A stretch of 64,000 bases of DNA, taken from positions 50,697-114,696 of the forward strand of contig CAZNVK010000001.1 of NCBI GenBank assembly GCA_964576865.1, written 5' to 3'. Both the position numbers and the translations under genes were made by a program. Shown piece after piece: positions 9,601 through 18,079 of the stretch (position 1 is its first letter; every line of letters begins with the position of its first letter). Under the pieces are notes generated by a model. That model worked only from the letters and a program-made list of their open reading frames with translations, was not told the DNA's origin and ran no database searches. This DNA is from an uncultured Candidatus Poseidoniales archaeon (GTDB lineage: Archaea > Thermoplasmatota > Poseidoniia > Poseidoniales > Thalassarchaeaceae).

Positions 9601-12429
9601 CCGAACAATCCCGATTCGGACGGAGACTCACTACCCGATGGCTGGGAGGCCCGCTACCAGTGCACATGGGGCCGGAATAATCAGGGAATCAATCCGCTGA
9701 ATGGCTCGGACGCACTAAACAACCCCGACGGTGACGGATTTGACGTCAATCACGACGGCGTCCTCGACCTCAACGAAAGCCTCGTGAACTGGCTCGAATA
9801 CCACCTCAAGGACCAGATAATACACTCCGATACGACCGATACCGGACTGGAATTCCCCGAGAATTTCACGACCCTGCTTGCTCACGAGTCATGGGTCGGC
9901 TTCGCCGGCGCCTCCTTTGGATTGCATACGAGCCTGGCTTATCGTAGTCTGATCAATGGCTCGACCGCTGATGATGTCGGCGCCGCCAACCCACTGGAAG
10001 CCGACTCCGACCGCGATGGTATTCCTGATGGTTGGGAATTCTACCATGCGCGGTGGAGTCTGTACGATGAGGGTTGGACACTCAACCCCGTCGATGAGCG
10101 CGACCAAGTCGGCGATCCCGACGGGGATGGAATGAACAATTGGGAGGAATACAATGTCATAAGCGGCAATATGAGTGAGATCGACGATCTCACGACCGTG
10201 CCGCAATTCTACCTCTTGCAGGTCGGCGGCGAACTGCTCGCAACACCTTGGCTATCAGCCGAATCCACACTCTCATTCGGCACCTTCCTTGCCCCTGAGC
10301 AAATCGCCTTGCAGGGGTATACCGCCGACCCGAACGAGCCCGACACCGACGGTGACGGGCTGCTCGATGGAATCGAATTGATGTTCACCCGCTGGAATGC
10401 CAGCGACGAGGTCTGGACCCTCAATCCGCTGGTCCCCGGCGACGGCAATTACGACTCGGACCGCGACGGAATCACCGACCTCGTCGAACTCAATCTCACA
10501 AATAAGAACCCACAGAACGGCGGACTGTCACCGCCCGACGCTCCCCGTCTGTGGGAAGAAGCCGAATCGCTCGACCCGGACGAGGCGGTCAACCGCGTCT
10601 ATCGCATCCTCTTCAACAAGGAAGGACGCGCCGAAATCGCCCTCGAGCAATTCGATGCTTGGCAGCTCGGAGAGCCCGCCAAGCCACTCCTGCAAGCCCT
10701 GCTCGGAATCACCGACCCGAATGCCGAGGATACCGATAGGGACGGCATGAGTGACGGATACGAGTACTGGTTCACCGAATGGGACCTCGAAGCCAATCTG
10801 TGGACGATGAATCCGCTCACAGACACAGACATCCATGCCGATAGCGACGAGGACTCATTCGACTGCGACGGAGACGGCTACATCTCAGACTCGGAGTCCT
10901 ACGATAACCTGGCGGAATACGATGCACGAGTCTACGGCAAGCGCTCGGCCATCGACACCATTCCCAACGGCACCGGCCTAGTCTCGTACGGACTCGACAC
11001 GGTGACGGCATTCATGCAGGAACGCAGCATGTCCGAGCAAGCAGCTCAAGACCAACTCTGGGTGATGTTCTCGGGCAAGGATATCGTCTCCAGTGACCGG
11101 GCAGGCCTGATCAACACAATCGATCCGGACAACTTCAATTTCAGTCTCGCCGGAGTCTCAGACCCGACCCACGCAGACTCCGATTCAGACGGCCTGCCCG
11201 ACGGCTGGGAATTCTGCTACTCGATCTACGGCCAGTGGCTACCGGTCAACGAATACCGCTGGTCACTCAACCCTCTCAACCCACTGGACATCGAGTACGA
11301 CCCAGACGCCGACGGCTGGTACGACCGCACCATCTTTGACCAACCCGCGACCCAAGGCGCTTGGGAGAATCGCGAATTCACCTCAGGACCAGCCGCCGAC
11401 CAGATTTTTCCGGCACCAACAGCCCTCTACTTCACCAATTTGATGGAGTACAATAACGGCACTCACCCACTAGACGGAGATAGCGACGACGACTCTCAGA
11501 TAATGGAGGTCAGCAGAAGCGGCGGAAACGTCGTCAGCTACGACCAGAATATGAATCTCTCAGACGGTCGTGAAGTGTTCAAGTACGGAACGAATCCGCT
11601 TGACAACGACACAGACGGCGACATGATGCCCGACTTCTACGAGTATTACAGAGGTTGGAATGAGACCAATGACAATTGGTCATCCTACCTACAGATCTCA
11701 GTCGTCTGGTACCAAGTGACGCCGAGCGTCCTCAAGCCGGTCACCGTCAACGGTGGCACCATCGGACGCCCACTACTCGAATGGACTTGGTTCACCCATG
11801 ATGCGACCGACCCCAGTGATGCAGGGCAGGATGCGGACAATGACGGAGGGTGGGACTGCACGGGAGGCAATTGCGTCTACATACCCTACAATAACTTCCA
11901 GGAATACTACGGCGTGGTCAATGCGACCCTTGCTTCCCCCTCTCTGGTCAGACAGGCCAATCTCTACGATTGCTCGGGTAATATCGTGCAGGAATGGTGG
12001 CAATTGCGCGAGTCGCTGCTCGGCACATGTGGCGGGATCGCAGCGCTCGAGACCAATTACTTCCGAATGTACAAGGTGAATAACAACGATATGCTCTACG
12101 CTTACATCGTTGACGACCACGATACCGATTACCAATTGCTCGATGAGACGGATGACGAAGTGCTGGTCAACGGTGCTTGGGCGGATATGTACCAGCGATT
12201 CGCTGGAGACCGCTACCACTACCCGAATACCGGCTTAGGCGAGTATGTCTGGGGATGGTGGATGATCGATATCGATGGTGATCAGATCGCAGACGGTACC
12301 GATCCGACGAATTGGGATACCGACGGCGATTGGCTGAACGATCACTTCGAGATTGAAGATGATATGCTCGACGGCGTGCGTGGTAACTCTGGTTCGCCGA
12401 TTCGCTATGATGATCGCACGACCGAATGA
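6679..12429 (+). CDS. Giant secreted acidic protein with many DxDxDG Ca-binding (TSP3-like) repeats
   Basis: GAGGT upstream of ATG 6679, N-terminal signal sequence, many D(S/T)DGDG(L/M)PDGWE and 'LDP/LNP...D' repeats, central beta-rich region. Confidence 0.8.
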   Translation: MRRKQTAFFVTLLILSSLVFVSQTRPQAPVSSIDPPDVPGQGPMAVDQDEDLIPDIHEVIFGETRHIETPFGIIAVNGLDPMNGSDNITDFDRDGASALMEYCWPWTLDTCFTERLSLTGKAPDETESGFREYLDPRESDTDGDGLPDGFEIYMCTEGGAGYQNQATSEWTCLYFDPLDSSDQFEDADLCVEQASQWGCGDGFDVDRDGEIDLGERYTNTEEYWFGAPEGWLTERDGLWCAGKIANLHADACQTEVERPTGDDGWLGSDPRRIDSDHYTWSELIPTSLAVPGDGIPDGWEAYHGLDPRNASDAVLDSDSDGWDIDRDGFIIPDSSIATARWGEAFSNYEEYLVHLDSGNWVRPGLRASMLAMNNGYSGTAGEVMLFDQGTDPQLVDGRVHTVISDQGRDRLIIGSAYGITTIDPFEGTSTTFELPSGMEMFTMMRWTPSSDDYLIIGTNHGLHALEMENGLPQMDTLTESNLGMVKVLERLQTGSGDLDLIVLGHGANVWTVTLSEPASGRGTPDFTEPIAIEPLSDLVAEADASLTEVIHVPMAGRGPMMIIGTDRGMIRWDTTDGTPSIGQPFWIYTTETAEDYVQFADLLNSSKSAVVNVMELAGPIATDGSLEEVTGVWLGTPGGLHLIDLDLFVGLPEQAFATDRMFNVERWEEGANDIRSILALENTVLLGSRDGTWALEGGSHGILGIVDNQTRMPGLATSLTTFVNDGEKYLFAGVSPGQYMNIMPIDPQSSDSDLDGMPDGWEFAYGLDPTDPFDRVRDADADGVHFDIGGVGFSREWSNLDEYRFVNTSVGGFNGTDPRNTDTDGDGLTDGEEYWGWFADSTEFACHYLNEEYICDEEDGEAALDVHLSGWLNSGAGGGTDGPTDPTSADSDGDGMPDGWEIEHRRWIGDVYTGGNLWTLDPRDPSDATMDADGDGLDNLCEYMWGNLLETALVEGLPTHGENASAAQNWTKTDPNNPDSDGDSLPDGWEARYQCTWGRNNQGINPLNGSDALNNPDGDGFDVNHDGVLDLNESLVNWLEYHLKDQIIHSDTTDTGLEFPENFTTLLAHESWVGFAGASFGLHTSLAYRSLINGSTADDVGAANPLEADSDRDGIPDGWEFYHARWSLYDEGWTLNPVDERDQVGDPDGDGMNNWEEYNVISGNMSEIDDLTTVPQFYLLQVGGELLATPWLSAESTLSFGTFLAPEQIALQGYTADPNEPDTDGDGLLDGIELMFTRWNASDEVWTLNPLVPGDGNYDSDRDGITDLVELNLTNKNPQNGGLSPPDAPRLWEEAESLDPDEAVNRVYRILFNKEGRAEIALEQFDAWQLGEPAKPLLQALLGITDPNAEDTDRDGMSDGYEYWFTEWDLEANLWTMNPLTDTDIHADSDEDSFDCDGDGYISDSESYDNLAEYDARVYGKRSAIDTIPNGTGLVSYGLDTVTAFMQERSMSEQAAQDQLWVMFSGKDIVSSDRAGLINTIDPDNFNFSLAGVSDPTHADSDSDGLPDGWEFCYSIYGQWLPVNEYRWSLNPLNPLDIEYDPDADGWYDRTIFDQPATQGAWENREFTSGPAADQIFPAPTALYFTNLMEYNNGTHPLDGDSDDDSQIMEVSRSGGNVVSYDQNMNLSDGREVFKYGTNPLDNDTDGDMMPDFYEYYRGWNETNDNWSSYLQISVVWYQVTPSVLKPVTVNGGTIGRPLLEWTWFTHDATDPSDAGQDADNDGGWDCTGGNCVYIPYNNFQEYYGVVNATLASPSLVRQANLYDCSGNIVQEWWQLRESLLGTCGGIAALETNYFRMYKVNNNDMLYAYIVDDHDTDYQLLDETDDEVLVNGAWADMYQRFAGDRYHYPNTGLGEYVWGWWMIDIDGDQIADGTDPTNWDTDGDWLNDHFEIEDDMLDGVRGNSGSPIRYDDRTTE

Positions 12430-12491
12430 GCGGCGAGGCAGCAACCATCCGCTCGCGGTCAATTCTTGAGTGAGAGGTACGAGGGCTGCTC

Positions 12492-12962
12492 ATGGATGAG
12501 GATGCCAAGATACCTCGACCGGACGAGCCGGTCGAGGAGCGCCTGCTCTTTCTGCAGGAGAATATGGTGAATTTCGTCAAGCAGTACAACTTGCCTGTGG
12601 TCGAGGTGGCGCTGGTCGTCTCGAAATACATCCGAGTGCTGCTGGAATCGCTTGAGAAGGCGGCTGCAGCGAGTGGAGAGAGGGTGCCTGAGACCATCGC
12701 GCAGCCGTGGCCAGTCGAGGTTGAAGGAGCGGTTCCGGCCATCGATTCATTTCCGCTCGACAAATTGCTCGGAACCCTCGATGAGGACCGCATGGATATC
12801 CTTGACACGATGATTCGCGTCATCATCAACGGGGCTGAGATTCCGTTTTCATCCGCGCTGACCTTGCTGCGTGATTGGGAGATGCGAATCCGTACGCAGA
12901 TGGCGGAGGCAACAAGTCCCGGTCACCTGTTCAGCCCGATTGATTTGCCCGATGGTTTCTAG
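12492..12962 (+). CDS. Hypothetical protein (156 aa, helical, possible internal duplication)
   Basis: ORF with GAGG-like site upstream and normal protein composition. Confidence 0.65.
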   Translation: MDEDAKIPRPDEPVEERLLFLQENMVNFVKQYNLPVVEVALVVSKYIRVLLESLEKAAAASGERVPETIAQPWPVEVEGAVPAIDSFPLDKLLGTLDEDRMDILDTMIRVIINGAEIPFSSALTLLRDWEMRIRTQMAEATSPGHLFSPIDLPDGF

Positions 12963-13053
12963 GCTTGCGATTTCGCCTCACGCAGAGCACGCTGAGCACG
13001 CAGTTGGTTTTGGGGTTGGAGTGCCTAAGCCCCAATTCTGCAGCGCCCACCAA

Positions 13054-13869
13054 TCACTGGATGCAGTGAGGGCAGGATTCGGCGATGACATAGTGCTCGC
13101 TATCCATATCTTCCTCGGTCAGCGGCTCTCGGCAAGCCCAGCAGACCTCAGTCGTAGTTTCCTCCAAGGCTGGGTCGAGGGAGACTCGGCGGTCGAAGAC
13201 AAAGCAATCACCATTCCAATGCTCACCGCCGACCTCCTCGAAGTAACCCAAAATGCCGCCTTTGAGCTGGCGAACATCACTCCATCCTTGGTTCATCATA
13301 ACCGCGCTGGCCTTCTCGCAACGGATGCCGCCGGTACAGAACATCACGATGGTCTGATCCTTCTCAATGCCAGATGTACTGACCGCCTCAGGAAAGCCTC
13401 GGAAGCTCGAGAGATTGAGGTCGATAGCACCCTCAAACGTGCCCAATTTAACCTCGTAATCATTGCGAGTATCGAGGACAGCGATATCTCGACCCTCGTC
13501 CAACCAGCGCTTGAACTCGGCCGGCGAGATATTCTCGCCGGTGCGCTCGGCAGGTCTAACCTCTTCCAAGCCGAGCGAGATAATCTCATTCTTCAATCGA
13601 ACATTCATCCTCCTGAACGACATTCCCTCGCTGTACGAAACTTTCAGAGGGATGTCGACGAAACGAGAATCCTTCTCGAGGAATTCAACAAATTGGTCGA
13701 TGCCGGCCTGAGCCCCCGAGAGGAAGAAATTGATTCCCTCGTGGCTCAGCAAGACTGTTCCAAGCAGCCCGGCATCGTCGCACGCAGCCTTGAATGGAGC
13801 GCGCAGCGCGTCGCGGTCAGGCAGATCGACGAAGCGATATCCAGCGATATTGACGATGTCACCAGCCAC
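13054..13869 (-). CDS. trhO: Rhodanese-domain tRNA U34 hydroxylase (TrhO/YceA, UPF0176)
   Basis: GTVLLSHEGIN, LDTRNDYEVKLGTFEGA, FCTGGIRCEKAS, LKGGILGY, GDCFVFDRRV and a C-terminal Cys cluster. Confidence 0.88.
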   Translation of the reverse strand: MAGDIVNIAGYRFVDLPDRDALRAPFKAACDDAGLLGTVLLSHEGINFFLSGAQAGIDQFVEFLEKDSRFVDIPLKVSYSEGMSFRRMNVRLKNEIISLGLEEVRPAERTGENISPAEFKRWLDEGRDIAVLDTRNDYEVKLGTFEGAIDLNLSSFRGFPEAVSTSGIEKDQTIVMFCTGGIRCEKASAVMMNQGWSDVRQLKGGILGYFEEVGGEHWNGDCFVFDRRVSLDPALEETTTEVCWACREPLTEEDMDSEHYVIAESCPHCIQ

Positions 13870-13878
13870 GCGCTCACC

Positions 13879-14208
13879 CTATCCGGATTGGGCGCGCGCG
13901 ACTATCCCGCTTGAAACCCACCATGCATCGCCGATGGACCAGAGGTAGAGCAGAGGCCACAGAATCACCGTCAGAATCAGTGGGAATTGCACAGCAAACC
14001 AGCCCGCAGCCTTGCGATGTTGGCGGTTGAAGTGCTGACCGATGAAAAGGAAGGGAACGAGGGCTAGGGCGATGGAGATGAGCGGGCGAAGGGCACCCCA
14101 TGGACCGATGCCGCCGCTGATCTCGTACCAGATGACTCGCACGACACCCAAGGGGCCTGCTCCATCCGCGTCCTCCTCGACGGGCTGCACCACGAACTCG
14201 GTGCTCAT
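13879..14208 (-). CDS. Small membrane protein
   Basis: Two to three hydrophobic segments with GQHFN and WSIGDAW motifs; ends 9 nt before trhO. Start placed at ATG 14208. Confidence 0.6.
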   Translation of the reverse strand: MSTEFVVQPVEEDADGAGPLGVVRVIWYEISGGIGPWGALRPLISIALALVPFLFIGQHFNRQHRKAAGWFAVQFPLILTVILWPLLYLWSIGDAWWVSSGIVARAQSG

Positions 14209-14276
14209 GACCGGTTCGTCGCGTCGCTGGTGAATGAATCTGACGACGCGGCGGGCCGCGCAAAGGCCAACTATCG

Positions 14277-15314
14277 ATGGCTGCTGAGCGGCCCGTGGCG
14301 AATGCAGCAGAAGGTGGATTGCCACGCGTTCTATTGACCGGGTTTCCGCCATTTGGTGGGCATTCGGTGAATGTCTCTAACGAGGTTGTGCGCGAGCTGC
14401 AGATTCGTGGTTTCGAGGGCTTGGATGTCACGACAATGCTGTTGAGCGTTGACGAGCGCGGCTCGCGGCGAATCGCTGAGATGATTCTTGATGGCGAGCG
14501 ATTCGATGCCATCTTGCATCTTGGTTTGGCGGAATCGCGAGAGGTGATTTCGCTCGAGCGATATGCGCATAATGAGAATGCGTTCAGGATTGCAGACAAT
14601 TCTGGGCGGGAGGTGTTCGGTCCGATTATTGATGGTGGGGATGAGAGGTTGGAGGCGACTGCGTCGAAGCATGTTCTGGATGAGGATTTCGAGCACGAGG
14701 ATGATGTCGTGTGGAGTGATTCGGCTGGTGCGTTCGTTTGCAATGAGACGATTTATCGCACGTTGAATGCGATTGCATCGACCGATGCTCGAGCCAGCGA
14801 TGGTCGACCAATTCAGGCGATTTTCATTCACTTGCCCTCCGAATCGCACATTGGGCTTGAGCGTCAAATCGAGGTTGTTGGGCGAGCCGCGAGGGCTCTG
14901 GCTAGCAAGCCGCGGCTCGAAGTCGTCGGCGCGCTCCTCTTCGATGAACTCGGTCGAATTCTCGCCTGCCGACGACCACCGGAAGATGTCTGGGGTGGTT
15001 GGTGGGAATTCCCAGGAGGCAAGGTCGATTCAGGTGAGCAGCCTGCGGATGCCCTGGCGCGCGAGATCATGGAGGAACTCGGTGTCGAGGTCACGCCCAG
15101 CTGGGTCGTGGCTTCACTATCCCACGAATACCAAGATCGTCACGTCGCTCTCGATATCTGGGATTGCGGCGTTGTCGAGCCCAGCAATATCGTGCCTACC
15201 GAACACGATGAGATTCGCTGGCTGGACCGTCAATCACTCGGCTCGGTCAAATGGTTACCTGCCGATGAACCATTGATTCAGGATTGGATTAAGAACGGAA
15301 TCCCTCAATCCTGA
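14277..15314 (+). CDS. Pyroglutamyl-peptidase I / MutT-type Nudix hydrolase fusion
   Basis: LLTGFPPFGGHSVNVS, ISLER, FVCNE and FIHLP (C15 Glu-Cys-His triad), followed by WEFPGGKVDSGE...AREIMEELG (Nudix box). Confidence 0.88.
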   Translation: MAAERPVANAAEGGLPRVLLTGFPPFGGHSVNVSNEVVRELQIRGFEGLDVTTMLLSVDERGSRRIAEMILDGERFDAILHLGLAESREVISLERYAHNENAFRIADNSGREVFGPIIDGGDERLEATASKHVLDEDFEHEDDVVWSDSAGAFVCNETIYRTLNAIASTDARASDGRPIQAIFIHLPSESHIGLERQIEVVGRAARALASKPRLEVVGALLFDELGRILACRRPPEDVWGGWWEFPGGKVDSGEQPADALAREIMEELGVEVTPSWVVASLSHEYQDRHVALDIWDCGVVEPSNIVPTEHDEIRWLDRQSLGSVKWLPADEPLIQDWIKNGIPQS

Positions 15315-15317
15315 GCC

Positions 15318-15881
15318 TCAATCTTCCTCGTAGCCCATCGTTCGCCGACCCTTATTGTCGAACCATTCGGTCGGCGTCCCATCGTCATCCATCGACAAAT
15401 CATCACCAGCCGTCCGCGGAATCGAGTGGCGTCCCTCGTGCCAAGTCCGCTGCTCCAACCACAGACCGAGTTCAACCCCAGTCAGTGCCACATCCATGAC
15501 CCCACCAAATGGACGTTCATCGACAACGAAGGCGACCTTACCCACGAAGGCAGCCTGTCGGGATAGCGAGAAGGTGGTGGTGTCCCCCTCGAGGTCCATG
15601 GTCATCGCATCAAGCGCTGTATCGAGAATGCGATGTTTCGCCGCCTGCTCCAACACCAAGTCCAGCGAGGCGGCACGTCCACTCAATCGAACCGGCCCAT
15701 CCTCGATTGGGAACTCTCTATCGACCCGCTCAACTTCACACTCCCAATCAGGAAACACCGCCCTAACGGCTGCCGCAACCCTTGTCGCATCCTCGTGCGG
15801 CAGCACCGTCGTAGAGACTGTAATCTCGGGCTCCACACCCCTTCGAGCAGAGTGAGGGTCATGATTCCTATGGGTCATCAC
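15318..15881 (-). CDS. Archaeal UPF0201/DUF54 putative RNA-binding protein
   Basis: V.PHED..RV..AV...FP, RILDTA and LSRQAAFVGKV motifs. Confidence 0.7.
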   Translation of the reverse strand: MMTHRNHDPHSARRGVEPEITVSTTVLPHEDATRVAAAVRAVFPDWECEVERVDREFPIEDGPVRLSGRAASLDLVLEQAAKHRILDTALDAMTMDLEGDTTTFSLSRQAAFVGKVAFVVDERPFGGVMDVALTGVELGLWLEQRTWHEGRHSIPRTAGDDLSMDDDGTPTEWFDNKGRRTMGYEED

Positions 15882-15930
15882 GCTCCCATCACCACGAATG
15901 ATTCAAACGAGGGATTCAGGAGCCGCGAGC

Positions 15931-16848
15931 ATGACTGAGCGCTCTCCGATGATAGGCGTGGCACTTCTGCTCGCGCCCACCCTCTGCGTCGGCGCCCTCC
16001 GCTTCGGCTTACCCAATATCGAGGTGCTCCTCAAACAAGACCTCGTAGCCCAAGTGATAATCCACGGATTAGCGATCCTGCTCGGCATAGTCATGTTCCT
16101 CCGGTACCGAGTGGTCGAGGACCACGAATACCACCGCTCGAGCGCCATCAAGAACCTCTCAAGCATGTATCGAATGGAGGACAAGGGCTTGTGGAACAAG
16201 GGCGACGCAGCCCTCGAGCGCCTTGAGGCACAAGCCCACAGTCAGCCAAAAGGCCGCGCGGGCCTGCGCTTCCAGCAAAGAATGCAAGGCAGCGTCTCAG
16301 GCCTCAACAAAGAAGGCTCGGAACTCGAACTCGACCGCGACGACGATCGCATGGAGGTAGACGTGCAAGTCGAAGGCATGGCAACCATCGTCGATGCCCA
16401 AGTCGCACACCAAGCAGAAAGCGGCAAACTCACCGGTGCACTTGGAGCCAGCGCAGAAGCATCAGCCCAGCGTAGACTCAACGCAGAACTCGCTCGCCGC
16501 GAGCGCGAAGCCGCCCGCAGCGAGCGCAAATCAGCCAAGGCAGCCGCCAGCGAAGCCAAAGCAGCAGCCAAGGCCGAGAAAGCAGCAGCAAAGGCGGCCG
16601 CGAAGGCAGCAAAAACAGAAGCCAAAGCAGCAGCCAAACAAGCAGCCCTCGAAGCCAAGGCGGCGAAGTCCGGCAAGAAAGGCAGAGCGGCCAAGGCGGC
16701 GGCGATGGCGTGGGAAGCGAGCGATGAGAACCAGTGGGCAAATCCAGTACCTTCCTCTCTTGCAAAATCAGTCATCTCCTGCCAAGAGTGCGGAGCCGTG
16801 AACAGTAGTGGAACCGCATACTGCAGCAGTTGCGGTGCATTCCTCTGA
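15931..16848 (+). CDS. Membrane protein with Ala/Lys-rich coiled segment and C-terminal zinc ribbon
   Basis: Two N-terminal TM segments, AKAAAKAEKAAAK tract, CQECG...CSSCG. Confidence 0.7.
   Translation: MTERSPMIGVALLLAPTLCVGALRFGLPNIEVLLKQDLVAQVIIHGLAILLGIVMFLRYRVVEDHEYHRSSAIKNLSSMYRMEDKGLWNKGDAALERLEAQAHSQPKGRAGLRFQQRMQGSVSGLNKEGSELELDRDDDRMEVDVQVEGMATIVDAQVAHQAESGKLTGALGASAEASAQRRLNAELARREREAARSERKSAKAAASEAKAAAKAEKAAAKAAAKAAKTEAKAAAKQAALEAKAAKSGKKGRAAKAAAMAWEASDENQWANPVPSSLAKSVISCQECGAVNSSGTAYCSSCGAFL
16495..16710 (+). repeat. Low-complexity Ala/Lys coding repeat
   Basis: Reiterated GCAGCAGCCAA(A/G)-like units encoding AAAK. Confidence 0.6.
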
Positions 16849-16902
16849 GCGGTCCGTTGGGTTGAAAACAGGCGTGCGGGAGCCGTGGAGCGTGGTGGTC
16901 CA

Positions 16903-18048
16903 GTGAGCGAGAAGCGGGATTACTACGAGGTGCTCGGTGTCGACCGGAAGGCGAGCGATGTTGAGCTAAAGAAGGCCTTCCGTTCGATGGCCAGAAAGTA
17001 TCACCCAGACAAGAATCCGGATGATGCAGAGGCTGAGGCTCGATTCAAGGAGGTTCAGGAGGCCTATGCGATTCTCTCGAATCCGGAAGAGAGGCGCAAG
17101 TACGACATGTTCGGGCACGATCGTCCGGGCGGCTCACCCTGGGGTGCGGGTGGATTCCAGGGCGTCAACATCAGTTTCGATGATATCTTTGGGGGAGGTT
17201 TCGACTCGATATTTTCCTCTCTATTCGGGGGTGGCTCGCGCCAACGCTCTAGTCGAGGGGCCGACCTCTTGGTGAGGCATATCGTGACTTTCGAGGATGC
17301 CTTCACAGGGGTCGAGGATGAGTTGGAGATCGATGTGCTGAACCGCTGTTCGGGTTGTGATGGGAGCGGTTCGGCGACCGCGGACGGGGTGCGGGTCTGT
17401 CCCACTTGTGACGGGCGCGGTCGACTCACGAGGATTGAGCGGATTGGGCCATTCCACCAACAGGTTACTCAGGATTGCAGGGCATGTGGGGGGGATGGTC
17501 GAATCATCCAGAATCCATGCAAGGCCTGCCGCGGCGAGGGTCGGGCTGAACAATCGAAGAAGGTTCGATTCTCGGTGCCGCCGGGAATCGAGAGCGGGAC
17601 TCGCTTGCGGCTGAGTGGGCATGGAGAGGCTCCCCGTTCAGCGAATGGCCGGCCTGGAAATCTGTACATCGAGGTGGAGGTGCAATCGCACGAATGGTTC
17701 GAGCGCGATGGTCCGGATCTCTTGATGGCGCTACCGGTGTCCTATGTCGACCTCGTGCTCGGTTCAACCGTCGAGATACCTCATATCGATAGGGAGAATC
17801 TCAAGGTGAAAATCAAGGCTGGATCGAAGCCTGGTGAGACGATCACGATTCTCGACCGCGGATTGCCGATTACTCGCGGTGGGCGCGGGCGAGGTGCTGT
17901 GATGGTGCTGCTCAAACTGGCGATGCCTGGCAAGGTCTCGCGCGCGACAAAGAAGCAGTTGGAGCAGATGCGCGAGGACTTGGGAAGCGGGCACTCAGAC
18001 GTTGTGGATGATATCTTAGACGAGGCCCGCGATAGGCGCCGCAATTGA
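16903..18048 (+). CDS. dnaJ: Chaperone DnaJ
   Basis: KRDYYEVLGV, HPD motif, G/F-rich region, four CxxCxGxG repeats, C-terminal domain. GTG start. Confidence 0.95.
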   Translation: MSEKRDYYEVLGVDRKASDVELKKAFRSMARKYHPDKNPDDAEAEARFKEVQEAYAILSNPEERRKYDMFGHDRPGGSPWGAGGFQGVNISFDDIFGGGFDSIFSSLFGGGSRQRSSRGADLLVRHIVTFEDAFTGVEDELEIDVLNRCSGCDGSGSATADGVRVCPTCDGRGRLTRIERIGPFHQQVTQDCRACGGDGRIIQNPCKACRGEGRAEQSKKVRFSVPPGIESGTRLRLSGHGEAPRSANGRPGNLYIEVEVQSHEWFERDGPDLLMALPVSYVDLVLGSTVEIPHIDRENLKVKIKAGSKPGETITILDRGLPITRGGRGRGAVMVLLKLAMPGKVSRATKKQLEQMREDLGSGHSDVVDDILDEARDRRRN

Positions 18049-18079
18049 GGCTCAAGCCCATTCGAGGCCAGAGTTCATT

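Noticed and set aside
7080..12340. Recurrent GACGG...GGCTGGGA DNA repeats as a possible CRISPR array
   Set aside because: They are irregularly spaced, degenerate at third codon positions and encode protein repeats. No cas genes are present.
12871..13914. 347-aa plus-strand ORF
   Set aside because: It is the antisense shadow of trhO and has no recognisable motifs.
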